Assembly (NCBI RefSeq): GCF_032444005.1
Contig: NC_091283.1
Coordinates: 561,968,001-562,032,000, forward strand
Reading direction: 5' to 3'
DNA: 64,000 nucleotides
From: Ranitomeya imitator
Taxonomy: Eukaryota
Made by a program: the position numbers and the translations under genes. Under the pieces are notes generated by a model. It did not search any database. It was given only the letters and a program-made list of their open reading frames with translations, and was not told the DNA's origin. Positions 13,428 to 25,632 of the stretch are shown piece after piece; positions within the stretch are counted from its first letter, which is position 1; every line of letters starts with the position of its first letter.

Positions 13428-13689
13428 GTCGTGAGTGAGCGCAGCTGAGGTAAGAGCTGCCAGTACCTTGCAGGACGCCACACCCACCTCCTACCTCCCA
13501 CAGTGCACAGCGCCCCCTACAGCCGGGTGACGGAACCTCCTGTTACCTGTACCGGACCGAGGTGCCTACCACACCCAGTATACGGGGCGAGTACCGGCTC
13601 CTGTACAGGCGCACACTTCCCATACTGCCCCGGGGCAGGTTACGGAGAGTCTATTAGACCGGCGTAAAAGTTTATTTCGGAGTAGCAGA

Positions 13690-13755
13690 AATGGGCGGGG
13701 TTGAGCATCTTCCGCTCAGTTGATTGGTTAATTGTCCACTGTCCCCGCCCCGTTT
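13690..13755 (-). promoter_or_regulatory. Probable QRICH2 proximal promoter elements (two GC boxes flanking a CCAAT box)
   Basis: GGGCGGGG at ~13693, ATTGG (CCAAT on minus) at ~13722, CCCCGCCC at ~13743, in a CpG-rich stretch ~270-330 bp upstream of the ATG. Confidence 0.5.
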
Positions 13756-14074
13756 GTCTGTCTGGGCGTGCAGCCGTCTTCCACCTGTGCTCGCGGTGCG
13801 GCCGCAGTCTGGGGTGACAGGGACTGTGCGCTGTTATAAAGTTACCCGCATTCAGAACAGCGCCCCACCGCGGCCACAATCCAGTATTGCCGGAAATGAT
13901 AGTCGCAAACAGGCTCCATCCCACATAATAGCTGGAAGGACATTGGGGAAATGTGTCCATAACGTCGTCACCATCTTCCTGCACCTTTATGATTGATGGA
14001 GCTGCATGAGGGCTTGTTTAGGCATTTTGATTTTTTTTAGCCCCCTCTATGTTATGGTAGCTGATAGGTACCTG

Positions 14075-14088
14075 GTTGCCATGGCAAC
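14075..14088. promoter_or_regulatory. RFX X-box, perfect palindrome GTTGCCATGGCAAC
   Basis: Exact 14-bp palindromic RFX consensus ~650 bp upstream of the QRICH2 start codon. Confidence 0.7.
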
Positions 14089-14118
14089 ATATAGAAGCAT
14101 CCCAGGGCCGCTGGAATT

Positions 14119-14318
14119 AAAGGGGTTGTCTGGTGAATACAAGTTATCATCTGTAACATAGATCGTGTTGGTCCGACCAATGGGAGCGTTTATCACCTAG
14201 ATTGGCGCCTGAGTGCACATGTTCATCCTGCGCTCCATTCATTCTCTATTGGACTGCCCGGCACTGTGCTTGGTATTTTCACACAGCCCCATAGAGAATG
14301 AATGGAGCTGAGGTCAAG
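14119..14318. mobile_element. Kolobok/T2-type MITE fragment (left end only)
   Basis: TTAA|AGGGGTTGTC terminus and internal hairpin GCTCCATTCATTCTCTAT...ATAGAGAATGAATGGAGC. Confidence 0.55.
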
Positions 14319-15212
14319 TATCCCACATGTGGGGGGAAAACCACCGTTTGGGTGCATGGCAGAGCTCGGAAGGGAAGGAGTGCCATTTGGAATGCAGACT
14401 TAGATGGATTAGTCTGCAGGCGTCACGTTGCATTTACAGAGCCCCTAATGTACCTAAACATTGAAACCCCCCACAACTGACCCCATGTTGGAAAATAGAC
14501 CCCCTAAGGAACTTATCTAGATGTGTGGTGAGACCTTTGAACCCCCAAGTGTTTCACTACAGTTTATAACGCAGAGCCGTGAAAATAAAAAATCATTTTT
14601 TTCCACAAAAATTATTTTTAGCCCGTTTTGTATTTTTTCAAGGGTAACAGGAGAAATTGGACCCCAAAAGTTGTTGTCCAATTTGTCCTGAGTACGCTGA
14701 TACCCCATATGTGGGAGGGAACCACCGTTTGGGCGCATAGGAGAGCTCGGAAGGGAAGGAGCGCTGTTTGGAATGCAGACTTTGATGGATTGGTGTGCAG
14801 GCATCACATTGCGTTTGCAGAGCCCCTGGTGTACCTAAACAGTAGAAACACCCACAAGTGACCCCATATTGGAAACTAGACCCCCCAAGGAACTTATCTA
14901 GATGTGAGAACTTTGAACCCCCAAGTGTTTCACTACAGTTTATAACGCAGAGCCGTGAAAATAAAAAAATCATTTTTTCCAACAAAAATGTTTTTTTAGC
15001 CCCCCAAATTTTTATTTTCCCAAGGGTAACAAGAGAAATTGGACCCCAAAAGTTGTTGTCCAATTTGTCCTGAGCACGCTGATATCCCATATGTTGGGGT
15101 AAACCCCTGTTTGGGCACACGGGAGAGCTCGGAAGGTAAGGAGCACTGTTTTACTGTTTCATCGCAGAATTGGCTGGAAATGACATCGGACGCCATGTCG
15201 CGTTTGGAGAGC

Positions 15213-16006
15213 TGTTATGGACCTGGTGGTTAGGAGCACCCGGAACGACCTGATGGTTAAACTCACACAGGACAAGCTCTGGGAAGTGGGAGCTCTGCTG
15301 ACCGCAACCCCTAATCCTATCACACAACTAGAAATAGCCGTGGAGCGTACCTAACACGACCTAGACGCCTCTTCACAGCCTAAGAGCTAACTAGCCCTAA
15401 AGATAGAAAATAAAGCCTACCTTGCCTGAGAGAAATTCCCCAAAGGAAAAGGCAGCCCCCCACATATATTGACTGTGAGTTAAGATGAAAGTCACAAACA
15501 CAGAAATGAAACAGGTTTCAGCAAAGGGAGGCCAGACTTACTAAACAGACTGAGGATAGGAAAGGTATCTTTGCGGTCAGCACAAAAAACTACAAAAGAC
15601 CACGCAGAGTGTGCAAAAAGACCTCCGTACCGACTCACGGTGCGGAGGTGCCACTCTGCATCCCAGAGCTTCCAGCTAGCAAGGCAAAATCATGATAGCC
15701 AACTGGACAAGGAAACAATGAACAAATAATTAACTAGCAGGGACTTAGCTTCTGCTGGAGTAGACAGGTCACCAGAAAGATCCAAGAGCGAACTGAACCA
15801 GTACAAGAACATTGACAGCTGGCATGGAGTAACGATCTGAGTGGAGTTAAATAGAACAGCCAGCCAAAGAATAAACTACGTCACCTGTGGAAGGAACCTC
15901 AGAAGAAGCAGCTCCACCCACAGCCACCAGAGGGAGTCCATGGACAGAACTCGCCGAAGTACCATTCATGACCACAGGAGGGAGTTCGAAAACAGAATTC
16001 ACAACC
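15213..16006 (-). repeat. 3' LTR of the Gypsy element
   Basis: Direct repeat of 20203-20996 with about a dozen substitutions by eye; the terminal base next to the PPT is mutated. Confidence 0.95.
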
Positions 16007-17250
16007 GTTACCCCCCCCCCCTTGAGGAGGGGTTACCGAACCTTCACCAGAGCCCCCAGGCCGATCAGGATGAGCCAAATGAAAGGCACGAACTAGATCG
16101 GCAGCATGAACATCAGAGGCAAAAACCCAGGAATTATCTTCCTGACCATAACCCTTCCACTTGACCAGGTACTGGAGTTTCCGTCTCGAAATACGAGAAT
16201 CCAAAATCTTCTCCACCACATACTCCAACTCCCCCTCGACCAACACCGGGGCAGGAGGATCAACGGAGGGAACCATAGGCGCCACGTATCTCCGCAATAA
16301 CGACCTATGGAACACATTATGGATGGCAAAAGACGCTGGAAGGGCCAAATGAAATGACACAGGATTGATAACCTCAGAAATCTTATACGGACCAATGAAA
16401 CGAGGCTTAAACTTAGGAGAGGAAACCTTCATAGGAACATGACGAGATGACAACCAAACCAAATCCCCAACACGAAGTCGGGGACCAACACAGCGCCGGC
16501 GGTTAGCGAAACGTTGAGCCTTCTCCTGGGACAATGTCAAATTGTCCACCACATGAGTCCAAATCTGCTGCAACCTGTCCACCACCGTATCCACACCAGG
16601 ACAGTCCGAAGGCTCAACCTGCCCTGAAGAGAAACGAGGATGGAAACCAGAATTACAGAAAAAAGGCGAAACCAAAGTAGCCGAGCTGGCCCAATTATTA
16701 AGGGCGAACTCAGGCAAAGGCAAGAAGGACACCCAATCATCCTGATCAGCAGAAACAAAGCATCTCAGATCTGTCTCCAAAGTCTGATTAGTTTGTTCGG
16801 TTTGGCCATTTGTCTGAGGATGGAAAGCCGAAGAAAAAGACAAATCAATGCCCATCTTAGCACAAAAGGACCGCCAAAACTTCGAAACAAACTGGGAACC
16901 TCTGTCCGAGACGATGTTCTCCGGAATGCCATGCAAACGAACCACATGCTGGAAAAACAATGGCACCAAATCAGAGGAGGAAGGCAATTTAGACAAGGGT
17001 ACCAAATGAACCATCTTAGAGAAGCGATCACAAACCACCCAAATGACCGACATCCTTTGAGAGACAGGGAGATCTGAAATAAAATCCATGGAAATATGCG
17101 TCCAGGGCCTCTTCGGGACCGGCAAGGGCAAAAGCAACCCACTGGCACGAGAACAGCAGGGCTTAGCCCGAGCACAAGTCCCACAGGACTGCAGAAAAGA
17201 ACGCACATCCCGTGACAAAAAAGGCCACCAAAAGGATCTAGCCACCAAAT
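15899..17250 (-). pseudogene. Gypsy integrase core, GPY/F motif and chromodomain (continuation after frameshift)
   Basis: CGTCARAK, MDF...DRGSQF...TEQTNQTLE (DDE core), PRFIGPYKI, and the chromodomain YVVEKILDSRISRRKLQYLVKWKGYGQEDNSW. Confidence 0.92.
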
Positions 17251-20066
17251 CTGGTACCAAAGATTCCAGGATGACCCGCCAACACCGAACAATGAACCTC
17301 AGAGATAACTCTACTAGTCCATCTATCAGGGACAAACAGTTTCTCCGCTGGACAACGGTCAGGTCTATCAGCCTGAAACTTCTGCAGCACACGCCGCAAA
17401 TCAGGGGAGATGGCAGACAAAATTACCCCCTCTTTGAGAATACCCGCCGGCTCAGGAACACCCGGAGAGTCAGGCACAAAACTCCTTGACAGGGCATCAG
17501 CCTTCACATTCTTAGAGCCCGGAAGGTACGAAACCACAAAATCAAAACGGGAGAAAAACAGCGACCATCGAGCCTGTCTAGGATTCAACCGTTTGGCAGA
17601 CTTGAGATAAGTCAAATTCTTGTGATCCGTTAAGACCACCACGCGATGCTTGGCTCCTTCAAGCCAATGTCGCCACTCCTCGAATGCCCACTTCATGGCC
17701 AACAACTCTCGATTGCCAACATCATAATTGCACTCAGCAGGCGAGAATTTTCTAGAAAAGAAGGCACATGGTTTCATCACCGAGCCATCAGAACTTCTTT
17801 GCGACAAAACAGCCCCTGCTCCAATCTCAGAAGTATCAACCTCAACCTGAAACGGGAGCGAAACATCTGGCTGGCACAACACAGGGGCAGAAGAAAAATG
17901 ACGCTTCAACTCCTGAAAAGCCTCTACAGCCGCTGAGGACCAATTGACCACATCAGCACCTTTCTTGGTCAAATCAGTCAACGGTTTAGCAACACTAGAA
18001 AAATTAGCGATGAAGCGACGGTAAAAATTAGCAAAGCCCAGGAACTTCTGCAGGCTCTTCACAGATGTCGGCTGAGTCCAATCATAAATGGCCTGAACTT
18101 TAACAGGGTCCATCTCGATAGTAGAAGGGGAAAAAATTAAACCCAAAAATGAAACCTTCTGAACCCCAAGGAGACATTTCGACCCCTTCACAAACAAGGA
18201 ATTCGCACGAAGGACCTGGAACACCATTCTGACCTGCTTCACATGAGACTCCCAATCATCCGAAAAGACCAAAATATCATCCAAATATACAATCATGAAT
18301 CTATCCAGGTACTCTCGGAAGATGTCATGCATAAAGGACTGAAACACAGATGGAGCATTAGAAAGCCCGAATGGCATAACCAGGTACTCAAAATGGCCCT
18401 CGGGCGTATTAAATGCTGTTTTCCATTCATCGCCCTGTTTAATTCGCACAAGATTATACACCCCTCGAAGATCTATCTTGGTGAAGCAACTAGCCCCCTT
18501 AATCCGAGCAAACAAATCAGACAGCAGCGGCAAAGGGTACTGAAATTTGACTGTGATCTTATTAAGAAGGCGGTAATCAATACAAGGTCTCAAAGAGCCA
18601 TCCTTCTTGGCCACAAAAAAGAACCCTGCTCCCAACGGTGATGACGACGGGCGAATATGACCTTTCTCCATGGATTCCTTTATATAACTCCGCATAGCGG
18701 CGTGCTCTGGCACAGATAAATTAAACAGTCGGCCCGTAGGAAACTTACTACCAGGAATCAAATTAATAGCACAATCACAATCCCTATGAGGAGGTAAGGC
18801 ACCGGTTTTGGGCTCTTCAAATACATCCCGGTAATCTGACAAAAACTCAGGGACTTCAGAAGGAGTGGAAGGCGAAATTGACAGCAATGGAACATCACCA
18901 TGTACCCCCTGACAACCCCAGCCGGACACAGACATAGATTTCCAATCCAATACTGGATTATGGACCTGTAGCCATAGCAACCCCAAAACGACCACATCAT
19001 GCAGATTATGCAACACCAAAAAGCGAATATCCTCCTGATGTGCAGGAGCCATGCACATGGTCAATTGAGTCCAGTACTGAGGCTTATTCTTGGCCAAAGG
19101 CGTAGCATCAATTCCTCTCAATGGAATAGGATACTGCAATGGCTCCAAGAAAAAACCACAGCGCCTGGCAAACTCCAAGTCCATCAAATTCAGGGCAGCG
19201 CCTGAATCCACAAATGCCATAACAGAATAGGACGACAGAGAGCAAATCAGAGAAACGGACAAAAGAAATTTAGACTGTACCGTACCAATGGTGGCAGACC
19301 TAGCGAACCGCTTAGTGCGCTTAGGACAATCGGAGATAGCATGAGTGGAATCACCACAGTAAAAACACAGCCCATTCCGACGTCTGTGTTCTTGCCGTTC
19401 AGCTCTGGTCAAAGTCCTATCACATTGCATAGGCTCAGGCCTATGTTCAGAGAATACCGCCAAATGGTGCACAGCTTTGCGCTCACGCAAGCGCCGATTG
19501 ATCTGAATGGCCAAGGACATAGACTCGTTCAGACCAGCAGGCGTAGGAAATCCCACCATGACATCATTAAGGGCTTCAGAAAGACCCTTTCTGAAAATTG
19601 CCGCCAGGGCACACTCATTCCACTGAGTAAGCACAGACCACTTTCTAAACTTCTGACAGTACACCTCCGCTTCATCCTGACCCTGACACAAAGCCAGCAA
19701 GATTTTCTCTGCCTGATCCACTGAATTTGGTTCATCATAAAGCAATCCAAGCGCCAGAAAAAACGCATCTACATCACGCAATGCAGGATCTCCTGGCGCA
19801 AGGGAAAATGCCCAGTCTTGAGGGTCACCACGCAACAAAGAAATAATGATTACTTGTTGAATGGGGTCACCAGAGGAGCGGGGTTTCAAAGCTAGAAACA
19901 GTTTACAATTATTTTTGAAATTCAGGAATTTAGATCTATCCCCAGAAAACAAATCAGAAATTGGAATTCTAGGCTCTAACATCGGATTCTGAACCAAAAA
20001 ATCTTGAATGTTTTGTACCCTTGCAGTGAGATGATCCACACAAGAGGACAGACCTTGAATGTCCAT
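17238..20066 (-). pseudogene. Gypsy gag-pol (Gag with CCHC knuckle, protease, RT, RNase H, start of integrase), ended by a frameshift
   Basis: CFYCGDSTHAISDC zinc knuckle, AFVDSGA protease, YLDDILVF RT and RNase H motifs in one frame from ATG 20066. The frame shifts at ~17250 (GGTACCAGA TTTGGTGGCTAG). Confidence 0.92.
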
Positions 20067-20202
20067 ATCTACACCTGTGTCCTGAACCACCCAGAGGTTA
20101 AGGGAAAAAGAAAGTCAAAAAACACTGCAGAGAAAAAAAAATGGTCTCAGAACTTCTCTTCTCCCTCTATTGAGATGCATTAATACTTTGGGCCAGCTGT
20201 AC

Positions 20203-20996
20203 TGTTATGGACCTGGTGGTTAGGAGTACCCGGAACGACCTGATGGTTAAACTTACACAGGACAAGCTCTGGGAAGTGGGAGCTCTGCTGACCGCAACCC
20301 CTAATCCTATCACACAACTAGAAATAGCGGTGGAGCGTACCTAACACGACCTAGACGCCTCTTCACAGCCTAAGAGCTAACTAGCCCTAAAGATAGAAAA
20401 TAAAGCCTACCTTGCCTCAGAGAAATTCCCCAAAGGAAAAGGCAGCCCCCCACATATATTGACTGTGAGTTAAGATGAAAGTCACAAACACAGAAATGAA
20501 ACAGGTTTCAGCAAAGGGAGGCCAGACTTACTAGACAGACTGAGGATAGGAAAGGTATCTTTGCGGTCAGCACAAAAAACTACAAAAGACCACACAGAGT
20601 GTGCAAAAAGACCTCCGCACCGACTCACGGTGCGGAGGTGCCACTCTGCATCCCAGAGCTTCCAGCTAGCAAGGCAAAATCATGATAGCCAACTGGACAA
20701 GGAAACAATGAACAAATAATTAACTAGCAGGGACTTAGCTTCTGCTGGAGTAGACAGGTCACCAGAAAGATCCAAGAGCGAACTGAACCAGTACAAGAAC
20801 ATTGACAGCTGGCATGGAGTAACGATCTGAGTGGAGTTAAATAGAACAGCCAGCCAAAGAATAAACTACGTCACCTGTGGAAGGAACCTCAGAAGCAGCA
20901 GCTCCACTCACAGCCACCAGAGGGAATCCATGGACAGAACTCGCCGAAGTACCATTCATGACCACAGGAGGGAGTTCGAAAGCAGAATTCACAACA
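20203..20996 (-). repeat. 5' LTR of the Gypsy element
   Basis: TG...CA termini; TATA-like TATTTAA on minus strand at 20843-20837. Confidence 0.95.
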
Positions 20997-21044
20997 GAGA
21001 GCCCCTGATGTGCCTGAACAGTGGAAACCCCCAATTTTAACTGA

Positions 21045-21346
21045 AACCCTAACCCAAGCACACCCCTAATTCCAACCACACCCCTAACCCCAACCACACC
21101 CCTAACTCCAACACACCACTATCCCTAATCCTAACCATAACCCTAACCACACCCCTAACCCTGACACACCACTAACCCTAATCCCAACCGTAAATGTAAT
21201 CCAAACCCTAACCCTAATTTTAGCCCCAACCCTAACTGTAGCCCTAACCCTAACTTTAGCCCCAACCCTAACCCTAGCCTCAACCCTAACCCTAACTCCA
21301 TCCCTAACACTAGCCCTAATCCTAACCCTAGCCCTAACCCTAACCC
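21045..21346. repeat. Degenerate telomere-like (CCCTAA)n tract inside the piggyBac-type element
   Basis: Runs such as AACCCTAACCCTAACCCTAGCC mixed with variant hexamers. Confidence 0.9.
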
Positions 21347-22681
21347 AAATGGGAAAATGGCAATAAATACATTTTTTTAATTTTATCATTTTTCCCTAAC
21401 TAAGGGGGTGATGAAGGGGGGTTTGATTTACTATTTATAGCGGGTTTTTAGCGGATTTTTATGATTGGCAGCCGTCACACACTAAAAGACGCTTTTTATT
21501 GCAAAAAATATTTTTTGCGTTACCACATTTTGAGAGCTATACTTTTTCCATATTTTGGTCCACAGAGTCATGTGAGGTCTTGTTTTTTGCGGGACGAGTT
21601 GACGTTTTTATTGGTACCATTTTCGGGCACGTGACATTTTTTGATTGCTTTTATTCCGATTTTTGTGAGGCAGAAAGACCAAAAACCAGCTATTCATGAA
21701 TTTCTTTTGTGGAGTGCGTTTATACCATTCCACGTTTGGTTAAATTGATAAAGCAGTTTTATTCTTCGGGTCAGTACGATTACAGCGATACCTGATTTAT
21801 TTCTTCTTTTTATGTTTTGGCGCTTTTATACGATAAAAACTATTTTTTATAGAAAAAATAATTATTTTTGCATCGCTTTATTCCGAGGACTATAACTTTT
21901 TTATTTTTTCGCTGACGATGCTGTATGGTGGCTCGTTTTTTTGCGGGAGAAGATGACGTTTTCAGCGGTACCATGGTTATTCGTATCCGTCTTTTTGATC
22001 ACGTGTTATTTCACTTTTTGTTCGGTGGTATGATAATAAAGCGGGGTTTTTTTGCCTCGTTTTTTTATTTTTTTTACGGTGTTCACTGAAGGGGTTAACT
22101 AGTGGGACAGTTTTATAGGTCGGGTTGTTACGGACTCGGCGATACTAAATATGTGTACTTTTATTTTTTTTATTATTATTATTATTTAGATAAAGAAATG
22201 TATTTATGGTACCATTTTTTTTTCTTTATTTAGGAATTATTTTATTTTTTTTACACATCTAAATATATATATTTTTTTTACATTATCACATTGTCCCAGG
22301 TGGGGACATCACTATATAGTGACAGATCGCTGATCTGACACTTTGCAGAGCACTGTGTCAGATCAGCGATCTGACGTGCACTGCTGCAGGCTTACAGGCG
22401 CCTGCTCTGAGCAGGCGCTGGTAAGCCACCTCCCTGCAGGACCCGGAAGTAGCCCCGTGGCTATTTTGGATCCGGGGCCGGCAGGGAGGAGACGCTCGGT
22501 ACAATGTGAGCACATCGCCTTGTACCGAGGGTCTCAGGGAAGCCCGCAGGGTCACTGGGAATTAAGTCCCAGGTCATCTCGATGGGATAGTACGTCATAT
22601 GGGATTAAGGGGTTAAAATGATACCTGGGGTGAAAACTGTTTTGTGGTTCTTGTGTAATCTTTGTCTGAAGTTTTCATTTA

Positions 22682-22884
22682 GGCCGGGGTCACACTTGTG
22701 AGTGCAATGTGGGAAACTCGCACGAGTCTCGCATCAATTCCCAGCACTCGGAACTGGAGTGTGCAGCTACATGTATTTCTATGCAGCTGAACGCTCCGAT
22801 CCCGAGTGCCGGCGGCAGTGCCGGTGTTGATGCGAGAGTCTCGTGCGAGTTTCTTGCATTGCACTCACAAGTGTGACACCTGCC
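22682..22884. mobile_element. PIF/Harbinger-type MITE
   Basis: TIRs GGCCGGGGTCACACTTG / CAAGTGTGACACCTGCC with a TTA TSD on both sides. Confidence 0.75.
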
Positions 22885-25319
22885 TTAATGAGATGCTCGT
22901 GCTTCAGAGTGGCCTGTGGGATGGGTCTTGGTGCGCTATTCATAGAAGATAGCAACAGTACTTCTGTGGATCGGTACACAATTAAGATCCTGTTTAGTGA
23001 TGGGCAAGCTTTGTTCTCGATCGAGTATCTGGGTACTCGTGCGCCATCCTCAATTCCCTGTCCCACAGGTTTTGTGACTGATATTCAGCCACTAAACATG
23101 CAGGGATTGTCTGCCAATCTCGGTAATGCCGTAGCCCGGTGACACCATGTTTAATGCTTTGTGCCTGGAAATAGTGTAGGGAGAGTCGCTGCTGCAGAAG
23201 GGACAGTGTGTTATATAGTGTTCTAGTACCTGCTAGTGCAACATTAAACCAACAGGCCTTTTCAGGGCTAATGCAAATAGATTCTATTCTATAATACCGC
23301 GCTTACCTGCAATTAGGTTAGGACTAGCTGCTGGAGTAGGAATAGTGTATTAGAAGTACTTAGAGCAGGTTCATTGCATTACAGTCCTTGGTGCTGCCAC
23401 GTACAAGCAAAAGTCCTTTCAGGGCCAATTTAAACAGATTCTATGATCTAATAATACCGCTCTTATCTGCATAGATAATTTAAAATGCACAAGGCATGTG
23501 ATAATGGATGGGGAAGTGGATGTGCTGCTGATGGTGCACTGGAGGCCATGGCCGTGGCCGTGGTTCAAGTGAAATTGGGCCTGCTGCGGGAGCACAACAA
23601 ATATGCTTAGCCACGAAACCTAGCTTCCTTTTCCAATTTTCAGGGGGGTGCAGGACACCACTACACCACTATTAAAGCCAGAACAGTGCGAGCAGATTGT
23701 TGGTTGGATGGCAGATAATGCTTCCAGTCTGTTTCCCAGCACCACCCTCTATTCCACACGGTCAAGTATCACTAGCAAAGAGTCTGGACCACATAATCCT
23801 CACCCTGATCCTCCTTCCTCCCACCATGAAGAGTCCCAGGAGACAGGTAACCCCATACTTGGACACTCTGTGGAGCTTTTAACCTTTCCATTTTTGGCTT
23901 CTGGCCTCTCATCGTGCACATTTCAAGACGGACATGAAGAGATTTTGTTTGGTGATGGTCAAATATTTGAGCAGCCACAGAAGAAGCAAACGGTGGTGAA
24001 TGGTAATTACTGTCTCAAGAGGTGGATGATGATGATACACAGTTGTCAACAAGTCATGCTAAGACAACAAGTCAGGAGGAGGACTAGAGTGAGCAAAGCA
24101 ACTGGAAGACAGGGTGGTGAATGATAAAGTCACTGACCCAACCTGTCATGGTAGCATGGAGAGCGAGGCCAGCAGCGAAGAGGGGAGGGATCCGCAGCAC
24201 TGCAACAGGCAGGAATAGGCTGTGAGACCCGGCCCGAGGGAGAAAGCGGTCAACTATTCCCCAGAGCACCCATAGACTGCAAGATCCCAGGCCAAGGATT
24301 AGGTGTTTCCCAGTCTTGTCGCTTTTTTACAGAAAGTGCAGAAGGCAAGAAGAACAGTCATTTGCAACCTGTGCTGTACCAAGCTCAGCAGGGGCCATAC
24401 CAGTACCAGTCAGACCACAACCAGCATGCTCAGGTACATGTCATCCAAACACCTGACTAGGTGGGCAGAACGCCTGAGTCCACAATCAGTGTCTGCGGGT
24501 GACACCACTGCCTCATCCCCTGTGCTACATGGTTGACAATCCGCTGTTCAGGAGGCAGGGGCGGATGACTCCCGCCTTGCACCTGATGTTGAACATACGC
24601 AACCATCAGAAACCATGTCCACTTCCTCATCTGAGCGCAGCGTTCAGCTGTCCCTACCAAAGGCATTTTAGCGCAAATGGAAATATGCAGCCACCCAGCC
24701 ACAGGCCCAAACACTACTTGGCCACATTTTAAGACTTCTTGCCCTAGAAATTTTGCGTTTTAGGCTTGTGGACACTGAAGCTTTCCGAAACCTCATGGCT
24801 ACGGTCATACCTTGGTACTCGGTCCCCAGCCGCCACTATTTCTCCCGGAAAGCCTTCTTGGCCTTACACCAGCACGTGTTGCAAAACATCACTTATATCC
24901 TAACCAACTGGGAAGGACCACTTAACGACTGACACGTGGACAAGTGCTTTCGGCCACGGACGCTACATTTCCCTGACGGCACACTAGGTGAACCTGCTTG
25001 AGGCCGGGACCTAGTCAGACCCTGGGACGGCCCACGTGCTACCAATGCCTAGAATTGCGGGCCCAAGTTTCATCAGGGTTTCCCATCCTTCTTCCCCAGT
25101 TTCTGCACCTCCTCCATCTGTGAATTATCATCCATAACAGTCTCCAGCTGGAAGAACTGCAGTACTGCCTCAGTGAAGCAGCACCAGGCTCTACTGAAAC
25201 TCATCTTTAGGTGACAAACCGTACGCCGCAGAGTCGTTGAAAGGTATAACAGACCAGATTTGTCGCTCTCGCCGCTGAACCTACATCCAAGCCTGGTAGT
25301 CTGTGATAATGGCCGAAAC

Positions 25320-25632
25320 TAGTGATGAGTGAATATACTCGTTACTCGAGATTTCTTGAGCATGCTCGGGGGGTTCTCCGAGTATTTTTTTAGTGCTCGG
25401 AGATTTCGTTTTTCTTGCCGCAGCTGAATGATTTACATCTGTTAGCCAGCATAAGTACATGTGGGGATTCCCTAGCAACCAGGCAACCCCCACATGTACT
25501 TATGCTGGCTAACAGATGTAAATCATTCAGCTGCGGCAAGAAAAACTAAATCTCCGAGCACTAAAAAATACTCGGAGGACCCCCAAGCATGCTCGAGAAA
25601 TCTCGAGTAACGAGTATATTTGCTCATCACTA
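25320..25632. mobile_element. hAT-type MITE (TAGTGATGAG TIR), almost fully palindromic
   Basis: TIR TAGTGATGAG/CTCATCACTA; 8-bp TSD GCCGAAAC/GCCGGAAC (7/8). Confidence 0.88.

Larger units (their letters stand above)
15213..20996 (-). mobile_element. Full-length Ty3/Gypsy LTR retrotransposon, chromovirus of the Tf1/sushi group
   Basis: Two 794-bp LTRs (minus strand TGTTGTGAA...CCATAACA), a G-rich PPT at ~16011-16030, a gag-PR-RT-RH-IN-chromodomain coding region, and a GAGAGC duplication at both flanks. Confidence 0.97.
14320..22612. mobile_element. Large non-autonomous piggyBac-type element (left end missing), interrupted by the Gypsy insertion
   Basis: Right terminus GGATTAAGGGG|TTAA at 22612-22616. 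Three ~380-bp internal tandem units (GAGCTCGGAAG at ~14362, ~14743, ~15125). The host sequence is continuous across the LTR element (TTTGGAGAGC|CCCTGATG). Confidence 0.65.

Noticed and set aside
12855-13487. The 210-aa ORF as a complete protein
   Set aside because: It starts at a GTG upstream of the real ATGs and runs past the splice donor into satellite sequence; only 13427-13008 is supported.
16640-19724. Plus-strand ORFs within the Gypsy element
   Set aside because: Antisense shadows of gag-pol with no recognisable motifs.
21102-21389. 95-aa RVRVRV ORF
   Set aside because: Translation of telomere-like hexamer repeats.
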